Assembly: GCA_016839585.1 (NCBI GenBank)
Contig: JAEOTZ010000050.1
Location: forward strand, 41,900-105,899
Length of the DNA stretch: 64,000 nt
Source of the DNA: Promethearchaeota archaeon
GTDB taxonomy: Archaea > Asgardarchaeota > Lokiarchaeia > Sigyniarchaeales > SOKP01
Direction: 5' to 3'
The notes beneath the pieces are model-generated. The model saw only the letters and a list, made by a program, of their open reading frames with translations, did no database searches and was not told the DNA's origin. Below, piece by piece: positions 58,737 through 64,000 of the stretch (position 1 is its first letter; every line of letters starts with the position of its first letter). Made by a program: the position numbers and the translations under genes.

Positions 58737-59177
58737 TTAAATTGATTTAGTCTTTTCTTCATTTCTTAATATCTTCATTAATTTATCAATAGTTTTTAAG
58801 CTAGGTTTCCATGTTAGTGTCTTTTTTGCTTCTTTTTCTGTAGACCATATATATTTTTCATGTTCATCACTTAAAACTATTTTAATTTCATTACTAACTT
58901 CGGCAGCAAAACAAATATCTCGCATTTTCATGAGAATTCCATTTTTTGGTTCTTTATAGGTAAAAGTATAATCTAAATCATATATCTTCTCTAATTTTTC
59001 AATTCCAGTTTCTTCCATAATTTCTCTTTTAACTGTTTCTATTGGTCGTTCTCCTTTCTCTAAACCTCCGCAAACAGGTTGCCAATATCCACTTCGTTCA
59101 GGAGTTCTTTTAAGAATTAAAAATTTTAATTCTGGAGTTCTGGTAAAAATAATTACTTGGATATTTGTTCTAAGCAA
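58737..59177 (-). CDS. NUDIX hydrolase (NudB-like)
   Basis: WQPVCGG.EKGE..IETVKREIMEETG, LSDEH..Y.W. Confidence 0.9.
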   Translation of the reverse strand: MLRTNIQVIIFTRTPELKFLILKRTPERSGYWQPVCGGLEKGERPIETVKREIMEETGIEKLEKIYDLDYTFTYKEPKNGILMKMRDICFAAEVSNEIKIVLSDEHEKYIWSTEKEAKKTLTWKPSLKTIDKLMKILRNEEKTKSI

Positions 59178-59254
59178 AATATATCATACTACTTTTTTAA
59201 ATCAAAAATTTATGAAATTTCCACATATGAAATAATAAAAATTTAAATATATTA

Positions 59255-59683
59255 TTGTGCATTTTAAATAAATTGGTGAAATTTATGAATAATTTAATAG
59301 AAGTTAAATATATATCTTCTAAAAAAGGGAAAGGTATATTTGCTAAACAAAATATAAAGAAAGGGACTATTATTGATATTGCAAATGTTGTGCTTATTCC
59401 TAATAAAGATTATAAACTAATTAAAAAAACAGTCTTATACAATTACTGCTATATCTGGGAAGACCCAAAACTTAAACCAGAATATAAAAATGCTATATCA
59501 TTAAGTATTAGCCAATTTATGAATCACTCTTATGAACCTAATATAAAATACGTTTACGATTATAAGAATAATAAAATAGAATATATTGCATTACATAATA
59601 TTTCTAATGGAGAAGAATTAACAGTAAATTATAATGGACTTGTCAAGGATAAAAGTCCTGTTTGGTTTAAAGTTGAGGAATAA
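59255..59683 (+). CDS. stand-alone SET-domain protein
   Basis: KGKGIFA...IKKG, FMNHSYEPN, GEELTVNY. Confidence 0.9.
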   Translation: MCILNKLVKFMNNLIEVKYISSKKGKGIFAKQNIKKGTIIDIANVVLIPNKDYKLIKKTVLYNYCYIWEDPKLKPEYKNAISLSISQFMNHSYEPNIKYVYDYKNNKIEYIALHNISNGEELTVNYNGLVKDKSPVWFKVEE

Positions 59684-59686
59684 ATT

Positions 59687-60553
59687 TTATTTTCTTAAAG
59701 ATTTAAGAATGGTAATGTTCATAATATCTTCTCTAATATCTTTACCTTTTGGAGTTTCTAAAATTCCAGGATGATTTTCAAATCTATCATCATTGATAAA
59801 AAATCCAAAAGGTTCTTTTCCAATTTTACCTTGTCCTATATGCGTATGCCGATCAACTCTAGATCCTAATTCTTTATCAGTATCATTTAGATGAAAAGCA
59901 AAAAGGTATTTCAACCCAATGGTCTCATCAAATTCATCCCACATTTCATTATATTTTTGTTTAGAAGAGAAATCATAGCCAGCTGCAAATGAATGTGCTG
60001 TATCAAAGCAAATACCTATTCTATCTTTATTCTTTATATTATTAAAGATTGTTTTAAAGTGATGAAATTTATTACCTAATCCCTTCCCTTGTCCAGCAGT
60101 CGTTTCCAATAAAATTGTTACTTTTGAATCTTTTGTCTCATCTATTAATTTATTTAATTGATAAGCTATTTGAATAAGTGCTTCTTTTTTAGAAATTTCT
60201 TTTTTATCACTTATAGGAATAACTCCAGGATGCATATTTTCATATTCAATCCCTAATTGGTCCACTTTAATAAGCTCATCTAACATAGCATTATAAGATT
60301 TTTCTAGTTTCTCATCATCAATGCTTGCTAAATTTATCAAATAACTATTATGAGAAATGACTGGCCAAATCTCATTTTTTAATTCATCTTTTTTTTTGAC
60401 AAAATCATCAATATCTTCTTGTTCTAAAGGTTTTGTTGACCAAGAACGTACATTTCTAACAAAAACTTGAATCGCTTCACATCCGAGTTCTTGACCCTTT
60501 ACAAATGCCATATATTTACCACCTGTAACACTCATATGAGCTCCTATTCTCAA
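59687..60553 (-). CDS. nfo: endonuclease IV
   Basis: IGAHMS, HNSYLINL, HPG, LETTAGQG, CFDTAH, HLND, DRH.HIG.G, ILETP. Confidence 0.95.
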   Translation of the reverse strand: MRIGAHMSVTGGKYMAFVKGQELGCEAIQVFVRNVRSWSTKPLEQEDIDDFVKKKDELKNEIWPVISHNSYLINLASIDDEKLEKSYNAMLDELIKVDQLGIEYENMHPGVIPISDKKEISKKEALIQIAYQLNKLIDETKDSKVTILLETTAGQGKGLGNKFHHFKTIFNNIKNKDRIGICFDTAHSFAAGYDFSSKQKYNEMWDEFDETIGLKYLFAFHLNDTDKELGSRVDRHTHIGQGKIGKEPFGFFINDDRFENHPGILETPKGKDIREDIMNITILKSLRK

Positions 60554-60637
60554 CTTAAATACAACCTTTAAATTTTATCATTGAATTAAAAATTGATTTT
60601 ATTATAGGTAAGATAAAGAAAAAAAATATTTTAATTA

Positions 60638-61816
60638 CTATGATTTCTCAGTAATCTCAAAATCTAAACCATCTAATATCTCTATTAAATCTATTACTTC
60701 AAGATTTATATTGAATTTATCATTTGAATCTTGCAGATTGGTTCTACAAAAAGGACAAACTGATGATATTACCGTCGCTCCTGTTTCTTTCGCTTCTTCA
60801 AGCCTTTCTTTTGAGATTTCAAGAGCCCAATCTGGATATCCAATCTTAACTCCACCACCCGCCCCACAACACCATGCATTTTCTTTATTTCTTTTCATCT
60901 CAACAAAGTTAATTCCTGGAATTTGTTTATAAACATCCCTAGGGACCTCATATAATCCCATATGTCTGCCTATATGACAAGGATCGTGATAAGTGAGTAT
61001 TTTATTATATTCTGATTTAAATTTTAATTTCTCTTCATCTAATAACTCTTTGACTAATTCAACCGTGTGATATATTTCAAAACCATAATCCGCTCCAAAT
61101 TTTATCCAGTCTTTTTTTAATGTTCGATAACAACCAGCACATGAAGTAATTACTTTTTTAGCTCCAGTATTGTTAATCTGAGTAATATTGTAATTTATAA
61201 AATCTTTTACGGGACTTATTTGCCCTGTTCGGATTATGGGACTACAACAACAATGTTCATCGATCAATGTGAAGTTAATATTTGCTTTTTTAAGGAATCT
61301 TAGAGTTGCATCCCTTAGATTTTTTTGACGATAATTAGAGGTACATCCTATAAAATAAACCCATTCTGCTTCATCAGGTAAATTATACTTTTTTTTTAGA
61401 TGTTCATTATCAGAATTAGGCTCATCATATGGATTATACTTTTCTGGATTTATAGTTCTTTCTAATAAAGCTTTTTGTCTCTCAGGACAAAATCCACTAT
61501 TAACTGCTTCAACTCGAGCGGCCTCAATCATATCAACTAGAAAATCATTAAATTTTTCGAATCTACAATTCTCAATACAATTGCCACATGTGCTACAAGC
61601 ATAAATCACATTAGCGAGTCCTTGACTCCAAGGAATCTCACCACTTATAATGCCATAAATAAGCCACAATCTTCCTCCTGTACTATAAGTTTCAAACCTG
61701 TACTTTTTATAACTTGGACAATTAAAATCAGAATAATCGTGAGTAAATTTACAATAACCACAGCGGAAGCATCTATGAATAATGTCTTTCCAATCTTGTT
61801 TTTCTGTTATTGTAAT
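60638..61816 (-). CDS. Fe-S/CCG-domain oxidoreductase subunit (GlcF/HdrD-like), probable ATT start
   Basis: CFRCGYC...CP upstream of the called TTG start, CSTCGNC...C, CCC, SCAGC, YHDPCH, CCGAGGG, CPFC. Confidence 0.88.
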   Translation of the reverse strand: MTITEKQDWKDIIHRCFRCGYCKFTHDYSDFNCPSYKKYRFETYSTGGRLWLIYGIISGEIPWSQGLANVIYACSTCGNCIENCRFEKFNDFLVDMIEAARVEAVNSGFCPERQKALLERTINPEKYNPYDEPNSDNEHLKKKYNLPDEAEWVYFIGCTSNYRQKNLRDATLRFLKKANINFTLIDEHCCCSPIIRTGQISPVKDFINYNITQINNTGAKKVITSCAGCYRTLKKDWIKFGADYGFEIYHTVELVKELLDEEKLKFKSEYNKILTYHDPCHIGRHMGLYEVPRDVYKQIPGINFVEMKRNKENAWCCGAGGGVKIGYPDWALEISKERLEEAKETGATVISSVCPFCRTNLQDSNDKFNINLEVIDLIEILDGLDFEITEKS

Positions 61817-63201
61817 TATTTATTCACCTCCCAATTTCCTGGATTCATTATTCTATTTGGATCGAGAGTGCTTCGTATTGTGTTATACAATTTTTTATAG
61901 TTAGGATCCATTTTTTCAAGAATTAATTGTTGTCCTACTAATTCTGCTTTCCAAGGAATCCCTCCTAACTCCAAAGCTAATTTATTAGTTTCATGTAAAG
62001 CATTTCTAGCATTTTCCATATCTTTAGGATCCGCACGGTTAAATGAATAAGAAAAAAACATTACAATATTGTGAGTTCCTCCAATCAGCCTTGATCCTAA
62101 TGTTGGTATGATTCCATATTTTTTTGAGATTTCAGCACCTCTCTTATAGGCTTCAGGAATATTTTCTAGAGGCATATTTGCTCCAACGTATTCAAAACCA
62201 CCGCCTTTTCTAAAATCTGCTGCTGTTGCTGCAAATATCGGCTTTTCTAAATAAGCTGTTCTAATTCTATCAGGAGTCTTCATATATCTTGCTTTAGCTT
62301 TACGATATACACGTTTAAAGCTTTTGATATGAGAATCTATCTCCTCTTGAGATTCACCTGTTACATAAGCTATAACAAAAACATAACCTTTCATCCAATC
62401 AGGTTTGTCTTGCTTCCCAAGCAAAACATCTTCGGCTAAGCCAGTTTCAGTAATTTTTAAGAGAATATTAGGGATATCTTTTGGATCATTCAATAAACCA
62501 AAAACAACTTCTCTAAATTTTGGTTTATCAAACAATTGAATTGAGAGTTTAGTAATAATTCCCATAGTACCAAATGAACTAATAAATAAACCAATAAGAT
62601 CTGGGATAGGTCCTCTTGCAAACCAAAACTTAGAAACTGCGCAGGAACCAAGTTTACAGACTTTGCCATCTGGTAACACAACTTCTAATCCATTTATCAT
62701 GGCTCCATGATCGCCATACTTTTGAGATAAATATCCTGAACCATGAATGAGTACATTTCCAGCAATAGTGGCTGAAGGAGGAGCATCTGGTACTGGAGGT
62801 TGTAAATTTGGAAAGTTTTCATTTAAATGTGAAAGTAACTGTCCTGAAGTAACTCCCGATTCGATGAGTGCATATTTACTTAATTCATTTATTTCTATGA
62901 TTTTATTCATCCTTTTCATGTCAACTACAATTCCACCTTTTACTGGGATCACTAAACCGCTAAGAGTTAATCCTCCTCCTAAAGGGACCAAAGGAATTTT
63001 ATGTTCGTTAGCTGATCGAACTAAATTTTGGATTTCACCTACTGTACTTGGCATTACAACAAAATCAACTGGTCTTGGTAATGAAGCTCCAGGATCTTGA
63101 GAATATATATAAAGATCTTCAGCTTTATTTGATACAAAATCCTTGCCAACAATATTTTCTAAATCCTTCAAAATTTTTTCTTTATCCATATAGACCAACA
63201 T
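61816..63201 (-). CDS. FAD-linked oxidase/dehydrogenase (GlcD/D-lactate dehydrogenase family)
   Basis: PDAPPSATIAGN, GLEVVLPDG, FGTMGIITK, LDPNRIMNPG. Confidence 0.9.
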   Translation of the reverse strand: MLVYMDKEKILKDLENIVGKDFVSNKAEDLYIYSQDPGASLPRPVDFVVMPSTVGEIQNLVRSANEHKIPLVPLGGGLTLSGLVIPVKGGIVVDMKRMNKIIEINELSKYALIESGVTSGQLLSHLNENFPNLQPPVPDAPPSATIAGNVLIHGSGYLSQKYGDHGAMINGLEVVLPDGKVCKLGSCAVSKFWFARGPIPDLIGLFISSFGTMGIITKLSIQLFDKPKFREVVFGLLNDPKDIPNILLKITETGLAEDVLLGKQDKPDWMKGYVFVIAYVTGESQEEIDSHIKSFKRVYRKAKARYMKTPDRIRTAYLEKPIFAATAADFRKGGGFEYVGANMPLENIPEAYKRGAEISKKYGIIPTLGSRLIGGTHNIVMFFSYSFNRADPKDMENARNALHETNKLALELGGIPWKAELVGQQLILEKMDPNYKKLYNTIRSTLDPNRIMNPGNWEVNK

Positions 63202-63379
63202 TTATTTTTTTAAATTTATTCATCCCTTATTGCCTTTTAAGAATAAAACATAAAAGAATCATTTATAATAATAATTCAAAATAGTTTTTAAAATTAATAA
63301 AGCTATCAATTAATTTACATTGAATCAAATTTTATATACATTACAATTAAAATTTTAAAAAATAGAATTATTTAAAAAA

Positions 63380-63925
63380 ATGGGTATTCAAGCAAAAAGA
63401 GAGAACCTATTTCGGATAATTGGTATGATGCTAATTTTAATTGGTTTTACAATTTCCATTTTTTTAGATATTCATGTTGTAGGTGACCCTTTACTAATCA
63501 TTCTTTTGCTTTTAATTGAAATATCATGGTTTTTCCTTTCGCTTTTTTTAAAATTAGAAAAAAACTTTTTTGTAGACCATTTTTTTCAGATATTTCTAGT
63601 CTTATCATGCTTTTCTATATTTTTAATTATAATAGCATCCCTTCTTAGCTCTACCAATTCTGTTTTTTTTACATTTATTTCTAAAGTAATTTCAAATCTT
63701 CTCATTATTGTATGCTGGCATTTCTGTCTTAGTCTTTATAAAAAAGAAAAAATAATTTTCTTTTTTAGTGGAGTTGGTTATGTTTTAATATCTCTAATTT
63801 ATGGAATTAAATTATTAATTATTTATTATACTCTAATCCCATTAATTTTTATAACTACAGGAATAGTATTTATTATTATTTCAGAATTAAATATGAAAAA
63901 AAAGGGTTTATTAACCTATATTTAA
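63380..63925 (+). CDS. multi-pass membrane protein
   Basis: About 6 hydrophobic segments. Confidence 0.65.
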   Translation: MGIQAKRENLFRIIGMMLILIGFTISIFLDIHVVGDPLLIILLLLIEISWFFLSLFLKLEKNFFVDHFFQIFLVLSCFSIFLIIIASLLSSTNSVFFTFISKVISNLLIIVCWHFCLSLYKKEKIIFFFSGVGYVLISLIYGIKLLIIYYTLIPLIFITTGIVFIIISELNMKKKGLLTYI

Positions 63926-64000
63926 TTATTCATCTAATTTTTTCCAGAAATTTTTAAATTCCTCTTTTGGAAACGATACTTTTAATCGCAATGGCTCAGA

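Noticed and set aside
8570-63284. Numerous short antisense or alternate-frame ORFs in the track (e.g. 8570..8845, 12680..12985, 14468..14719, 24748..25077, 40367..40690, 50832..51050, 62747..63100)
   Set aside because: They lie inside well-supported genes; shadow ORFs

Overview
Very AT-rich archaeal chromosomal window. It is almost certainly from an Asgard archaeon of the Lokiarchaeia/Promethearchaeia type, judging by an actin-family gene, Rab/Arf-like small GTPases (one fused to a longin-like domain), a RING-finger protein, Loki-CTERM-like sorting signals and a Loki-type LRR N-terminal domain. Housekeeping genes include purD, a type IA topoisomerase, nfo, a TrmJ-type methylase, an M32 carboxypeptidase, a CDP-alcohol phosphatidyltransferase, an MgtE/PhoU-TrkA_C/Phi operon and a GlcD/CCG oxidoreductase pair. 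These flank a variable region (about 30.2-47 kb) containing gene fragments, a local duplication, an orphan DNA methyltransferase, a 1127-aa putative defence protein, a CoiA-like nuclease, a bacterial-type NAD-dependent ligase and a strongly nested intergenic stem-loop. The best candidate for a new system is at 48.7-51.4 kb. There, a divergent actin-related protein (residues equivalent to actin Q137/H161/H73 are replaced) lies co-oriented with a coiled-coil + proline-rich protein ending in a WH2-like motif (RDEMLDEL-NR-LKKI), an architecture resembling a WASP/VASP-type actin regulator. Two genes appear to need non-canonical start codons (ACG at 39226, ATT at 61816). No tRNA, rRNA, CRISPR array or transposase was recognised. 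All family calls come from motif recognition by eye; no searches were run.
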